A stretch of 64,000 nt of DNA from the human T2T-CHM13v2.0 reference genome, Homo sapiens, in NCBI RefSeq assembly GCF_009914755.1, contig NC_060931.1; one strand, 5' to 3'. Numbering within the stretch: position 1 is the first letter of the stretch; every line of letters begins with the position of its first letter. Below the pieces are notes generated by a model. The model worked only from the letters and a program-made list of their open reading frames with translations, was not told where the DNA came from and made no database searches. Shown in pieces: positions 24,776-41,996 of the stretch. A program made the position numbers and the translations under genes.

Positions 24776-25446
24776 TCCTTGCTCTTAGCAATCATAAAAC
24801 TTGATTCCTTAGCCATACCTTAATACAAAGATAAATGAGCATTTGGAATATGATCAAATCCATTTAAATTGTAATGGGCATAAATAAACTAAATTAAACT
24901 CTCTTCTTCATTCAGAATTCAAGTCATGGTCTACATAACTTTAACAATAAATTGAAAACAATTTTTTCCTTATTCAGTCTACCGATTTAGAAGATAGAAT
25001 GGTAATCAGAGTAGGAACTCATTATTACTACTCTGGGAAGTAACGGGGGGAAAAATTCACATTGTAGTCTTTGCACTAGGAGGCAGAAGGAAGAGGTAAA
25101 TAGTCTTAAGTAAACACAAGATTAAGACAATATTTGGCCGTAGTATAATTATTATCTTTGAGCTCGGAACAAAATGTATCTTCATATTAACTCAACCATT
25201 TAGACTGGATTTTTGTTTGAGGCAGTGGTGAATAGGCAATATACTCAAAAGAGGAAAAATATACCAAGCAGATTCCTTTAAATCACCACCAGCAATTGTC
25301 CTGTTCTCTTAATAGGCTACTCTGCCCTTCTCATTATTAAGATCCAAGGATGAGGACCAAAAGGTTCTGCAGGCTGCTTCTGGGACTCCATCATTTCAAG
25401 ATTGTCCTAAAGCTTAAAACAGACTCTAAATCTTCCTAAGCCACAA

Positions 25447-26294
25447 GGATATGAACAGACACTTCTCAAAAGAAGACATTTATGCAGCCAAAAGACACAT
25501 GAAAAAATGCTCATCATCACTGGCCATCAGAGAAATGCAAATCAAAACCACAATGAGATACCATCTTACACCAGTTAGAATGGCAATCATTAAAAAGTCA
25601 GGAAACAACAGGTGCTGGAGAGGATGTGGAGAAATAGGAACACTTTTACACTGTTGGTGGGACTGTAAACTAGTTCAACCATTGTGGAAGCCAGTGCGGC
25701 GATTCCTCAGGGATCTAGAACTAGAAATACCATTTGACCCAGCCATCCCATTACTGGGTATATACCCAAAGGACTATAAATCATGCTGCTATAAAGACAC
25801 ATGCACACGTATGTTTATTGCGGCACTATTCACAATAGCAAAGACTTGGAACCAACCCAAATGTCCAACAATGATAGACTGGAGTAAGAAAATATGGCAT
25901 ATATACACCATGGAACACTATGCAGCCATAAAAAATGATGAGTTCACGTCCTTTGTAGGGACATGGATGAAATTGGAAATCATCATTCTCAGTAAACTAT
26001 CGCAAGGACAAAAAACCAAACACCACATGTTCTCACTCATAGATGGGAATTGAACAATGAGAACACATGGACACAGGAAGGGGAACATCACACTCTGGGG
26101 ACTGTTGTGGGGTTGGGGGAGAGGGAAGGGATAGCATTAGGAGATATACCTAATGCTAAATGACGAGTTAATGGGTGCAGCACACCAGCATGGCACATAT
26201 GTAACTAACCTGCACATTGTGCACACGTACCCTAAAACTTAAAGTATAATAAAAAAAAAAAAAAAAATGACCTTCTGCCAACCCAAAAAAAAAA
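25447..26294 (+). mobile_element. L1PA3-like 5'-truncated insertion with a double poly(A) tail
   Basis: ORF2 C-terminus (25451-26053), 3'UTR gctaaatgacgag, 19-bp TSD aaatcttcctaagccacaa at 25428-25446 and 26295-26313. Confidence 0.96.
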
Positions 26295-27857
26295 AAATCT
26301 TCCTAAGCCACAATCAGTCATTGAAAGTTTGCATATGCATTGCCTTCCTAATACAAGTCCTATGATGGTTAACTCTGAGTGAGTCTGTGGTTAACTCTGA
26401 GTGAGTTCCCAGCAGTCAGAAATAACAGGGCAGAGGTGATTAAGGAGATTTTCTCCTTACGTTTTTCCAATTCACAGATCACAAAACCCTTTCTTATTTG
26501 TTATATAATTTAATCCCTCCCGTGAAGGAGCAGAGAAAAACGATGACAACAACATGAGCATAGAGACATCACACTAGCAGAAACAGTGAACAGTGTATTA
26601 AAGCACCAGGCCGTGTGACAGATGTGTCATGTAGTGAAATCCAGTTTCTGCTACATGCTAGCCATTTAAGCTGAGCCACATTGAGCCTCAGCTTTCTCAT
26701 CTGTAGTCTGGAAAAGTAAAGTCTGCCTCTAGGGCCTTGATGAGTATTGGATGACATATTTCACTTCTGTTTGTAAATCGCCAAGCACACTGCTAGCTTA
26801 GCTTGGTAGGTATTCAATAAATGGGCCTTCCTTCCTCTTCTCAATCCTGAAAAACTTTTTCTTCCATTTTCCAGCTAATAAAATTCCCATCATCTTTACA
26901 GACCCATTTCAATCTCCCATTTGTGATCTCCCTAGCCAAAACCACCTGTTCCTATGACACATTATTTTTGTACCTATTTGGCAGTCATTTAATTTTGCCT
27001 TATATTATATATAATTAGAGGCATATATGTCTGTCTATACTTTCACTTGGTTTAGAATATCTTGTGAGCAGTGGTCTTATCTGATTCATTTTTTAAAAAT
27101 CCTGTTTTCTCCCTTCTGTCTCTACACTAGCACAATAAAACTTGCTCAAGGTCCCTGACAAAATGTTGATTTTCAAGTACTTTCTCTTCAAAATATTAAG
27201 ACATATCTGGAGCTTTTATAATCTATGCTTTATACAACTACTCACTTTTTTAAAGAAAGAGAACAGGCAATGATTTGACAAGTCTTCCCTCAGTTAAGAA
27301 TTACATTGACAACAGTTGTCCAGAAAAAGGCTTATTTAATATCACAGGATCAGAGGCCATCTGTCTTACATTTTCTCTCCAAAAGTCGAGAATAAATTTC
27401 ATCTACATCTCTGTATCTGAAAAATGGACTAAATATGGAATAATATGCAGCCATAAAGTAATAACCATTTCTAACATATAAGCAGCAGCCTTTACAGGGA
27501 TAAAAATTCTCCTTTAATTATTTTTATGTAAATGAATATATAGCTATATCTCTCAAGATATTTAAATATAGATCTACAACTATATATCAGGTCATGAGCC
27601 CCAAAGAGTCATTATTAAGAGAAAACTATACCAATTATGTATACCATGGTACCTCAGAGAAAACTCTAACATTACATCAGGAGTAATAGTTAAAAGAAAA
27701 AATTTCTAATTGCAACCAACTTTTTCTCCAATCCAGAATGCCTTCTATTTCTACCCCAAGTGATAGTTGAATCCTGCAGTCCCCACAAAGCTTCCCTGAT
27801 TAATTCAGTGCAAAGTGAGTTCTTTTTCCTATGAACTGTCACAATATATGTTTTACA

Positions 27858-28152
27858 TTTTTTTTCTTTTTTTAGACAGAGTCTCTCTCTGTCACCCAGG
27901 ATGGAGTACAGTAGCGTGATCTTGGCTCACTGCAACCTCTGCCTCCAGGGTTCAAGCGATTCTCCTGCCTCAGCCCCCTGAATAGCTGGGATTACAGGCA
28001 CGTGCCACCACACCCGGCTAATTTTTGTATTTTTAGTAGAGACGGGGTTTCACCATGTTGGTCAGGCTGGTCTCGAACTCCTGACCTTGTGATCCACCTG
28101 CCTCAGCCTCTCAAAGTGCTGGGATTACAGGTGTGAGCCACCACGTCCAGCC
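27858..28152 (-). mobile_element. Alu (AluS)
   Basis: Poly(T) followed by full reverse-complement Alu. Confidence 0.96.
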
Positions 28153-28845
28153 ATGTTTTTTATTTTTGTATTTAAACATATTTTGCAGTTAAAACAGTAC
28201 ATACAGCATACATGTACATTTTTAAATTTAAAAAAAAACACTCTTGTATCTTTTAAGCAATAAGCACTATTTTCTTCATACTCTACATCCTTTCTTAGGA
28301 AATTATTTCTATAATATCTTGTGATATTTTTCTTCTAGTGTTGAAAACAATGTTACTTTTTCCCCCTCTTACAAAGGTTGTCATCTTTACCTCTCAAATT
28401 ATAAGATTTTCGAGGGCAGGACTTCGCTATGCTCCTTCATCTTCCTACAGGACCCAGTGCACTGATTTGTATCAATTTCTTATTTGATTTGATATAACAA
28501 AGGTGCTTCTCTGGCATGACTAAGGACCTGCCATGCCTTAGTTGTTTTTCATATTCCCTCTAGAAGCACAATCTAAGAACCATCTATTCAAAATGTCTAC
28601 ATTATTGATTATTTCACTCATTTGAATATTTATCAAGACCCTACTATGTGCATAGTACTTAATAGTAAGTGCACACAATTTTAGGGCTACAGCACTGATC
28701 AAAAAGGAACAATCTCCTGTCCTAATGACTCTTTTGTGTACCCAGGGATTCAAAGATGAGGTCATGGTTATATTTTTTCCAAGGAACTGACTTTCTGATA
28801 TGATAATACGCTAAATAAGGTATGAAGGAAGGACCAGAGAAGCAC

Positions 28846-29204
28846 AGTATCTTAGTCTGTTTGGGCTGTTATAACAAATTACCATAAACTGGGTAGCTTA
28901 TAAGCAGTAGAAATTTATTTTTGCACAGTTCTGGAGGCCGAGAAGTCCAGGATTAAGTAGATTTGGTGTCTCATGAGGGCTTGCTTTCTGGTTAATAGAA
29001 AGCACCTTTTCGCTGTGTTCTTACATTGTGGAAAGAGTAAGGGGGTCTCTCTCAAGCCTCTTTTATAAGAACACTAATTCTACTCATGTGGGCTCTGCTC
29101 CCATGAGCTAATCACCTCCCAAAGTCCCCACCTCCTAATACCATCACCTTGGGGGTCAAGATTTCAACATCTCAAGGGGAACACAAACATTCAGGTTACG
29201 GCAC
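28846..29204. mobile_element. MaLR solo LTR (MST/MLT1A-like)
   Basis: tatcttagtctgtttgggctg...cacagttctggaggc...ctaatcacctcccaaag...aaacattcag. Confidence 0.85.
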
Positions 29205-31187
29205 ACACAAAAATAAATCCTGTCCCCAAGGTAGGACAGTTTAATCATTATATAGTTCTGATATCCTAAGTTATCACTTTCCTTAGGATATTTCATACAA
29301 TGAAAAACAAAGCAGCCCATACAGCATATCTGTTCACAAAGTTTCCTTCATTCAGATCTGATGGAGCTTTAAATTTTTATATTTAAAAACAAAGCTTTGT
29401 TTTATATAATTTTCACAGTCTTAAGTCTCGTTAGTTTTACCAGGAATAGCAATTGTTGAATTTTGCAAGTTTAATTAATTTTTAAGCCAGACTGCCTGAG
29501 TTTAAATCCTGTACTTACACTAGCTCTACAACTTAGGCAACCTATCTAAACTCATGTGCCTTAGTTCCCTTACCTGTAAAAGAGAGATAACATTAGTACC
29601 AAATTTTTGGGACTCCCATGAGGATTAAAAGAAACAATGCACAGTCTTTAAAGCACTTAGAGCACTACTTGGCTCATACACAAACTGATGTGTGTTCACT
29701 GCCAGCACCCATCATATTTAAATCATTGTCTTATTCACCCAATTTACTAAAGATGATGCCATGATCTGTAACCATTTTTTTCAATCTTAACAATTGTAAG
29801 GAAGTTTCTATTTTGACATAAAATATTGGTAAAGAAAAAAAAAAGTGATAAGTATCACTTTTCCATATATAACATATATTCTTGAAGACAAGTGATCTCT
29901 TTACACAAATACCTAGTAACACCTCCAGCTAAGCAGCTAGTATTTGAATGCACATTAGGGATAAAATATTTCATGATTCATAGAAGATGCATGAAAACAG
30001 TGACAGAACTTACTTATTATACATTTTATAGTTATAATGTACAGGCCAACTTTAAAAAACAAAAAGGTCTTTTTTGTTCCCTCACATCCACAGACCACCC
30101 ATAAAAACAAAAGTAAAACAAAGAAGTAAAGCTTTTCATTAGCTCTGCTGGCACAATATTTTTCAATATGTTGACAAAGAGCCTGGTTTCTCCAACTAAT
30201 TATTACATTCATAATCCATGTCAAACTTCAAGAAGAACATTCATGTCACCAATGATTCAAATTTAGTTTGAGATTTAGGGAAAAGAGGAGGTTACCATGA
30301 CAGAAAGCAAATGTTTGTATAATCCACTTAAACAACTAGTTCTAGCAAGACCTAGAGGTAAATTATTATTGTTCTAGTAGTTTCTATTTATTTGGTAAGG
30401 TTATACTAACAGATTACTCAGGTGGGAAAAGTAAACGATATTCCATAAAAATCGAGAAGCAAAACGACATGGTTAATCTGAAAATACATGTAAGTAGCAG
30501 TCTATACCTACAAGAATACAAAGTGGACATAGTATTCACTGTTTCTATCAAATCTACAACTTTCAGATTGTTTCTAGCTGTCTTTAGTATTTAGCTTGAT
30601 TTCCTATGTCTCATTTTACTTACATTTCCATTTTAAAATCTTTGGTAAACAACTTCTTTTAATGTTTTACTATCATCATTTTTTTAAAAAAACAAACAAT
30701 AAGTGGGGCTATGGGTAAAACAGTTACAAAAAGAATCCATAGTCAAGTGGAGAGACGAAGGACCCAAAAATTTGCTTTTTGCATGTTAATTTCTTACCAA
30801 AACAAATACATACAAGATGGGCTATGAAGGGTAAGCAATAAATCTTCAAGAGGAGACTAGCACAAGATCCATTGCCACTCATAGGAATAAGTCTATTTAC
30901 TCACAAGGTGTTTCGTATAGTGTTCTTACAAAACTGTACTAGCTAATATTTCAAGTGTATTACTTATAATTTGTTGAATAATAGAAACTTACAGTAATAA
31001 TAAGTTCCGATTTGAGTCTTTACTTAACATTTGGTGTTTAGCACTCTGTCTTATCTCATTTAAAATTCACAACACTGCAGTGAAGTAGACACTATCAGAA
31101 TCTCGTTTTATCAATTAGAAAATGGAGACCAAGTGTGTAATTGGTTAAACGTCATACAGCTATAAGTGGATGAACCACAGGAAGACA

Positions 31188-31335
31188 TCTCCCCTAGAGC
31201 TTCTAGAGGGAGTACAGCCCTATTGATACCTTGACTACAGACTTCTGGCCTCCACAACTGTGAGAGAATAAGTTTCTGTTGTTTTAAACAATTCCGTTTA
31301 TGGCAATTTGATACAGCAACTACATGAAGCTAATA
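31188..31335. mobile_element. MLT1 LTR fragment
   Basis: ccctagagcttcta...agacttctggcctccacaactgtgagagaataagtttctgttgttttaa. Confidence 0.75.
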
Positions 31336-32704
31336 GAGCTTATTGGTCATTTAAGTTTCCTATTCTTTGACTTGTTATTCATATCCCTTATTCACATTGT
31401 TCAGGGATTGTCTGAGTTTTCATACCGATATACAGGAGTTATGGACACACCTTAGATTTTAAGCCTCTGTTGACTATAAGCACTGTAATGCCTTTCTCAG
31501 TCTTTGGCAGCCAATGTCCCTAGTTAGGACTGGTTAGGCCTCAGAACCCTATCTCCTAGGTAAGGTTTCTCCTTCCAGAACGCAGATGGCAAAGTGGTGA
31601 CTTGAGCTTGTGAATAAGACACATGAATCCATGATTGGCTCTTTTATAACTGACACAGGATTTCCGTGCCTTTTAATTTAAAAGTAGCAAATATTATTCT
31701 GCCTATGCCTTAAAAACATGAAAAAGACTCTCTTTTCTGTACACTGTCCAAACAGAGGTCATTCTGCTTTGAATAAGGTCTGAAGCGTACAGGGTCTGCC
31801 TGTAAAACGAAAGCTGCTTTCCTACGGACAAAGATAGCTTTAGTCATCTTCTATGGTCAAAATTCTCACAGACACAAGGCTTAAAACCTCTCAACACAAC
31901 GCATTGCAAAGAAAAAAAAAAAGCCAATTGTACAAGTACAAAAACCAACCACAGTGCAAAGCTCCAAAGTAAAAACCCCACATGGTCTGCCCCTAGTAAG
32001 GTACTACCAAAGCTTAAAGTCATCCACCCTGACACTAGCAGAAACAATAATGACATGATTTTGCTCCTCTAGATTTTACTAAGAGCTGTAATCTTCTATC
32101 TACAATTCAATATGAAAACTCTAAAGGTATTTTTTCCCCATAAGTATGCAGCAAATTCATTGGGGGAGGGGAAAAAACCTGATATTTCAAAATTGCTAGA
32201 AGAATACATTTCAAATGTTCTCATCACAAAAAAAGTATGTGAGGTGATAAATATGTTACTTAGCTTGATTTACTCATTCCATTTTGTATATATGTCATAA
32301 CATCACATTATACACCATAAACATATACAATTATAATTTGTCAATTAAAATATTAATTTTTTAAAAAACTGATCTGAAGTAATGGAAGTCTATGCATTCA
32401 TTCAGTATGACTATTCATATATGTTGCTGAAGGAATATTTGTTTTATGAAAAAAAGCCTGCCTCGGACCTTACTGGGGTACTATCTAACATGTGGCATAT
32501 GTACTATGCTACATTTCTGATATCTAAAACAATGGTCCACACTGCATAGGGCAGGCCCACCCCCTTCTGCTACCATCACTACCAAAAAGGCAGGAAAATA
32601 CAACCTACGTCTCTACTCCTAGACAAAATCCCTTGCAAAGCTAACAGCCTAAAAGAGCAGGGGTAAGGGAGCTCCCAGTCAGCAGAAAGCTCCACACAGA
32701 AAGG

Positions 32705-32902
32705 AACACATTTGGTTTTCTGTCCTTTGTAGGGTCGGGGGAGCGGGGAGGGATAGCATTAGGAGATATACCTAAGGTAAATGATGAGTTAATGGGTGCA
32801 GCACACCAACATGGCACATGTATACATATGTAACAAACCTGCACGTTGTGCACATGTACCCTAGAACTTAAAGTATAACAATTAAAAATAAATAAATAAA
32901 TA
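32705..32902 (+). mobile_element. Short L1PA 3' end with a small 5' inverted segment
   Basis: L1 3'UTR at 32728-32880 plus tail; 32711-32727 is the reverse complement of L1 aaggacagaaaaccaaa. Confidence 0.9.
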
Positions 32903-34014
32903 AGAAAGGCAGGCATGCCTGGTTTCTCCTTCCAGCCTCATCTACCAGGTAAATCATGAGGAGGGAGTAAAAGGTAGAGTGCGACCAAGGGGCACTGACT
33001 CTGCTAATATGGTGGTTCTTGGGAGGGGTGGGGAATGGAGGGAGGCCCAGAAAGGGAAACACTGATTTATAAACAAGAAAGCAGAACCCAAAGGAAATAA
33101 TGGGGTTTTGTCCCTACTTGCAATGTGAACATGACTTTTTCTACTAGAACACAAAATAAAATTTCAAATGTTGACAAACTCTGTAACGTGGTATCATTTC
33201 TGATTTTCAATATCCCAACAAAATTTGCCACTTAGAACTTTATAATGAGCTAAATGGCAAAACAAAGACTCCTTTTGTTGTGTGAATACTTCCTAATATA
33301 TTTTTGATATCCATACTTTTGAATTCAGGATACAATTTATCCTACAGCTTATTTTCAACATACTTGTCTTTATCTTTCACTTGTTATAATTGTGAGTTAA
33401 TTTTTCAAATAGGCTTGTCAAAACCCAATTAAGAAGTTATCTCATCTTCTCAATTTGGTCCCACAAAGCAAGTAAAGTTGACAAACATTTAGTAGCAATG
33501 CCTGAGTAGTCTGGCAACTTCAAAGATGTGTAAATTGAGGGTAAAAACACATAAAAACCAGATTACAAATAATTATTCCTGCATTTTTCAAATACTTTTA
33601 GAATAGGTAAGAATATTAAACTGAAAAGACCACATAAAAATGTTTACAAAAATTATAAGACACTTACTTATGACACAACTTACATATGATACTGGTTAAA
33701 TGTTTCTATGTGGAAGTTATGTTGGAACTGAAAGAGTAATAACTAACTTTCATAACTAGATGTAAATACTCAAAATGAAGTAGCTTCAAGATTCAGGAGG
33801 GTAAACAACACTCTAATATAGAAAATCTTCTTATACAACCTGCAGCAACCGAAATCTTTCCATCCCTTTCATTGTTTAGCTAATGGGCCTTAAATTTATA
33901 AATGCACCTTGGTGAGGGCATAAGCATTTTCCCTGTGTAGTAAAATTCCTGGGCAGAAAAATATTGAAATACAACTCAATTATCCTAGCACAAGAGCAGT
34001 ATATCCCACATTCT

Positions 34015-34176
34015 TTTTTGTCTGTTTGAAGACAAGGTCTTGCTCTGTCACCTACGCTGGAGTACAGTGACACAATCATAGGTCACTGCAGCCTTAACTA
34101 GCTGAGTTCAAGTGATCCTCTGCTTCAGCCTCCCGAGTTGCTGGTACTATATAGGTGCATTCCACCACACTCGGCT

Positions 34177-34209
<33 letters not shown>

Positions 34210-34328
34210 TAGAGACAAAGTCTCTCTATATTGCCCAGACTGGTCTCGAACTCCTGGACTCAAAGCGATCCTCATGCCTCAGCCTCCTAAAATGTTGGGA
34301 TTACAGGCATGAGCCACCACGCCTGGCC
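34015..34328 (-). mobile_element. Alu (AluJ-like)
   Basis: Diverged dimeric Alu with expanded middle poly(T). Confidence 0.92.
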
Positions 34329-36614
34329 CCCTCATTCTTTAGTTTAAAAAAACACATTTAGAGTTTACTAAGCTAGAAGCTTTATATATGTAGTTTATGT
34401 GATTGCCATTATACAATTCAACCATTACATCTTAATTTGACTACTCAAAGAACTGCCTGTCAGCATTCTCCATCATATTCCTATATATCTGGAAATTTCT
34501 TGACATGGAAAAATGACAAGAAGGGGGAAGAGGATGTGGGAGGGGCAAAAGGAAAGCAGGTGAGTAGGGGAGAGAGGGAAAAGGAGGTAGGAGAGAAGTA
34601 GAAGGAGGGAGGAAGAAAGATGGGGAGGCTTAGGGAAAGCAGCCTATAGGATATTGCCAGTGAGCTCAGTCTTACAGGACAGGAAGAGTTCAGATAGTTA
34701 AGGGTAGCCATGGCCTTCTAAACAGGGAACAGAATAAATAGCAAGTTGTATATGGCATATTCAGTACCCACAGGTTTTTCTCCGTTGTTAACAGTCTAGT
34801 GAGTGTAACAAAGCTTAGTGAAATGAGGATACAAGAGTTGGCAGGGAACTGATCAAATGGGGCCGTGTTAAGGCTTTTATAATCCAAGCATTACAACACA
34901 ACACTTAAAGAAAGAACCAAACGCTGTGGTCAAGCTGAAGCGCTGACCACTGACTACCTCTTAGAGGACCAAGTTGTGAGCTCAAGACTCTAATCATAAG
35001 CTGGTATGGGATAACAGAGAACAGATACAATGGAATTAATCTGTTTCTTAGAAAGAATGTGCCCAACAATCAATGGTCATGGTGGACTCTATCCTGCTTT
35101 CTCCTCCAACTTGGCTTCTCTAGAACCTGCTGGATTTATGATAATAATTACTTGCCACCTACTGTTTTGATAATAAAACTTTTAGGACTGACATCCTATG
35201 CCATAAATGTACAGTTTTGAGGAAGTGAGTAAAGGAAAAGCCACAGGTAAATCCCTCTACGTTATATAAACACAGCTCCCTTTGAATTCTCATCAGAGAC
35301 ATGGGCAAGCCAGGGTCTTTGGGTGTAGGAGGAGGGAGCCATGGGCATCAGTCACTGAGAGGGCCCTGAGGGGTGGGACAGCTTGACTGGTGCCAAGAGC
35401 TCTGCACAGAGGGGAAAGGAGAAGTGAGGAAAGGAAGAAAGTGAGGGGAAGAAGGGGTGGGGGAGAGAGAAAGGGAATGAGTGGCTTCATGCATGAGGAG
35501 AGCAAGCTGGAAGTCCCCAACACAGCCTTCCTCCCTGCTCTGAACTTGTTCAAATCACCCACTTCCTCCGACTATCTGACTATCCCCCATCCTTCTGTTA
35601 AAGAAGGCAGGGGGCCAAGTTCACACCAGAGCTGCCACCTTAGTGCACTGGCATGTGCAATGACGCCAATTTGAAAAACAAAGGCATGCTGGGCAGAAAG
35701 AGAGAGAGAAAAGGCTGGTCTCCACTTTCCTTCCTAACATGCACGAGCAGAGGTTAAGTGTATTTAATACTTTTATTCTTGAAGGTTCTTCACATCCATC
35801 TACAATCACTGACTTAATAACTTCTGTCCATGTTACACCATCAAATGTGCACATAAATTTATTAGGAAAGTAGAGAATCAGGTCGGCAATTAAATTCTAT
35901 GTGATATAATAATTTTTAGAACAGAAAACTCAATAATGAAGCTAAAATCTCAGCAGTATATAAAGAATTAAATATATTCCAAGGTGATTGAAAAAAATCA
36001 TGACTGAAAAAAAGGAAAAAATATCATCATTTATGGCTTTATCAAAATCTTGCATAGATTAATGGTCATTAGGGAAAGAAAAACTACCTCTCTGCAGTCA
36101 TTTGTTGTAACATAGAAAATACAAGCTCATATAAACCATCTCAAAGAGGAAAGAACTTGCTCAATAAAGAGTTATTGGAATGGAAACTCTAATTATTAAA
36201 ATAGTATTTCCTAAACATTATGCTTGAATTAAATACTGCAGTCTCCTCCTAACTTTGGAGCACTGGACTATTTCAATACCAAATAATCAGTGGATACTTG
36301 AAAGGTGACTGAGTAGAAGTAAAACCAATAGAACGTCATACTAAAAGTGTCAATCAGACCTAACGAGTCATTCTAGAGTTAACTATTTTAAAGGCAGTAA
36401 ACGTATGCCATAATAAAACCACAATACCATTTAATTACACTTTTAGTTATAATTTCTAGAAGGAATTTGAGAGGACACGCAAAACATATCCAAACAAAAT
36501 TAAAAACACATGAAAATAGTATTAATGCTGTAATTGTATATTCTTAAATATACTTTGACAATAAATAAGGTTTCAGGTACTGTGAAAGCATAAAAGATAA
36601 CTTAATAGAGGTTT

Positions 36615-36840
36615 GTATATATATATACATATATATGTATACATATCTACATGTATATGTAGATATATGTATGTATGTATATATGTATATGTATATACGT
36701 ATAAGTATATATACATATGTGTATGCAGATATGTATGTGTATGTATATATGCATGTGTCTGTATATACATACACATGTATATGTATATACATACATATAT
36801 ACGTATACATACATATATGTATGTATGTGTATACACACAG
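36615..36840. repeat. Degenerate purine-pyrimidine alternating (TA/TG/CA) microsatellite
   Basis: Direct reading. Confidence 0.95.
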
Positions 36841-37403
36841 AGCGAGAGTGAGAGCCCGTGCGAAACTTTGGGATCTTTTAATATACCCCTAAAAAGGATA
36901 TACCTCCTGTAATATTCCTAAAAGTGAATCACCTAGTTTCAGATTGAAAACTGAATGTTCATAAGATTACTGCCACACATAGAAACAACGATGAGAGTTA
37001 ACAAGTAGAATTGATTATTGCTGTTTGAATATTATTAAATTTACCGACATAAAGCTGGGGTGTATTTTTTTGTACATCAAAAATGGCCAAATATTGGCAG
37101 TTTCATATGGTTTAACAAAAAAGCTATCATTTGAAATATATGTGCCAGGCGTTGTGTTAATTATGTTAACATACTTAATCTTAATTTTCAGAGCTTCATG
37201 AGAAATTCATGTATCAATTTCTGTGTGCATAATATTTTCATTTTGAGGTGGGCATCATCACATTCAAGTCCTCTAGGTTTGCTCAACACAAAAAGGAAAA
37301 CTTAAAAGAAAGACATCATTGTCTTCAGTACCCCACTCCAAGCTGGTAAAGTCGGCCAGGACAATTCTAATAATTAATTCCTGCTTATAAATCTGTCTCT
37401 CCT

Positions 37404-40422
<3,019 letters not shown>

Positions 40423-41011
40423 ATAAATCTGTCTCTCCCAGTAGACTGTGGGCTCATGGAAGTCAGGGACCTTGCCTTGTTCATCTTTTTATTTCCAGGG
40501 CATAGGGCAATACCTGACTAGCACTTAAAAAAATTCACTTAATTAATTATTTACTCAGATTAATTGATTGCTTAGTGTCTAGTATATGTTCAGTGTCGTA
40601 TAAGCCATGGTATCCTGCTCTGAAGCAGCTTATAATTATCACAAAGCAGTACACATGATAATATAAATTAAGTGCTGAATTGTGCAAAACCATGGCAGAT
40701 ACTTGTGGGAAAGGAATGCTGTAGGTAATAATAGTAATAGCAGCTCACATTTAGCTAAGGCAGTGTACTTAGCAATTTAACTTCATTAACTGGTTCAATC
40801 ATCAACCATCCTTGGAGGCAAGTACATTATTATCTCCATTTTACAGATGAATAAACTCAAGTATGGGAAGGTTACATAAACTCCGTCAGTCACACAGATC
40901 TGGAAGTCCAATCCAGATAGAACAAAACTCGCAACGTTTTTTCACCTTTTTTTTTCCCATGTGTTTAAATTCTATTTCCTCTGTGCTGAAGCCTCCACAA
41001 GTCCTGTAAGT

Positions 41012-41500
41012 CAGCGATTTCTAACCATTTTTGAATCATGAACCTTTTGGCAGTCTGTTGAAGTCTAGTGATTGTGATCTCTTCTCAGGATTATGCTTTT
41101 AAATGCATAAAAATAAGTCCATACGATTACAGAGAAAAGCAATTATAATGAAATAGTTATAAAATTATTTTAAAAAACAAATTTGTGTTATAGTAGTATG
41201 TGTTTCTATGACAACTCATTAACAAAGTTTAAAAAGGGATTTAAGAGTAATGTAGTTTCGGTGTAGTTCATGAACACAAACATATTTTGAGAGAGCTGCA
41301 GTGGAATGTAATGTGATATGAAAATATATGTGTTTCTTTTGGTGATAATGACACAGGCACTGCTAGTACTACTGTACTTTATTGTCTAAGTCATAATATA
41401 AGTAAATGCTATATCTTAGAGGTTAGTGAATATAAGGATCTAATGTTTTCCCATCCTAGTTCACAGACCCCCTGAATTCTATCCAGATTAAAAATCCCTG
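41012..41500. mobile_element. hAT-Charlie-like DNA transposon remnant
   Basis: Terminal similarity cagcgatttctaacc / gattaaaaatccctg around an AT-rich interior. Confidence 0.5.
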
Positions 41501-41854
41501 TTTGCAAACTACAACTCGTCCATTTTACTGTGAAAACATCTCTTTTATATATATATGTATAGGTATATATGCATATGCGTGTGTGTGTGTATATGTGGAT
41601 GGATGGATGGATGGATAGATTGATTGATTTAGGGGGTATAAGTGTAGTTGTGTTATATCATGGATATACTGCATGGACCATCTGGGCTTTTAGTGTACCC
41701 ATCACCCAAATAGTGTACACGTACCCAATAGGTAGTATTTCATCCCTCACTTCCCTCCCCCCACCCTCTCATTTTGAGAAATGCAAATTAAAACCACAAT
41801 GAGATAGCATCTTAACACCAGTCAGAATGGCTTATTACTAAAAAGTCAAAAAAT

Positions 41855-41996
41855 GGCCAGGCACAGTAGTTCATGCCTATAATCCCAGCACTTTGGGAGG
41901 CTGAGGCAAGAAGATCACTTGAGCCCAGGAGTTTGAGGCTGCAGTGAGCTTTGATCACGTCACTGTACTCCAGCCTAGGATACAGAGAGACACCAT
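41855..41996 (+). mobile_element. Alu monomer (FRAM/FAM-like)
   Basis: Single-arm Alu sequence next to L1 fragments. Confidence 0.8.

Noticed and set aside
25451-26053. 200-aa ORF as a host gene
   Set aside because: C-terminus of L1 ORF2 in a truncated insertion
35293-35490. 65-aa minus-strand ORF with a signal-peptide-like start (MKPLIPFLSPPPLLPLTFFLSSLLL)
   Set aside because: The hydrophobicity is explained by a CT-rich low-complexity tract; no splice, promoter or homology support
36544-36912. Overlapping ORFs on both strands
   Set aside because: Microsatellite translations
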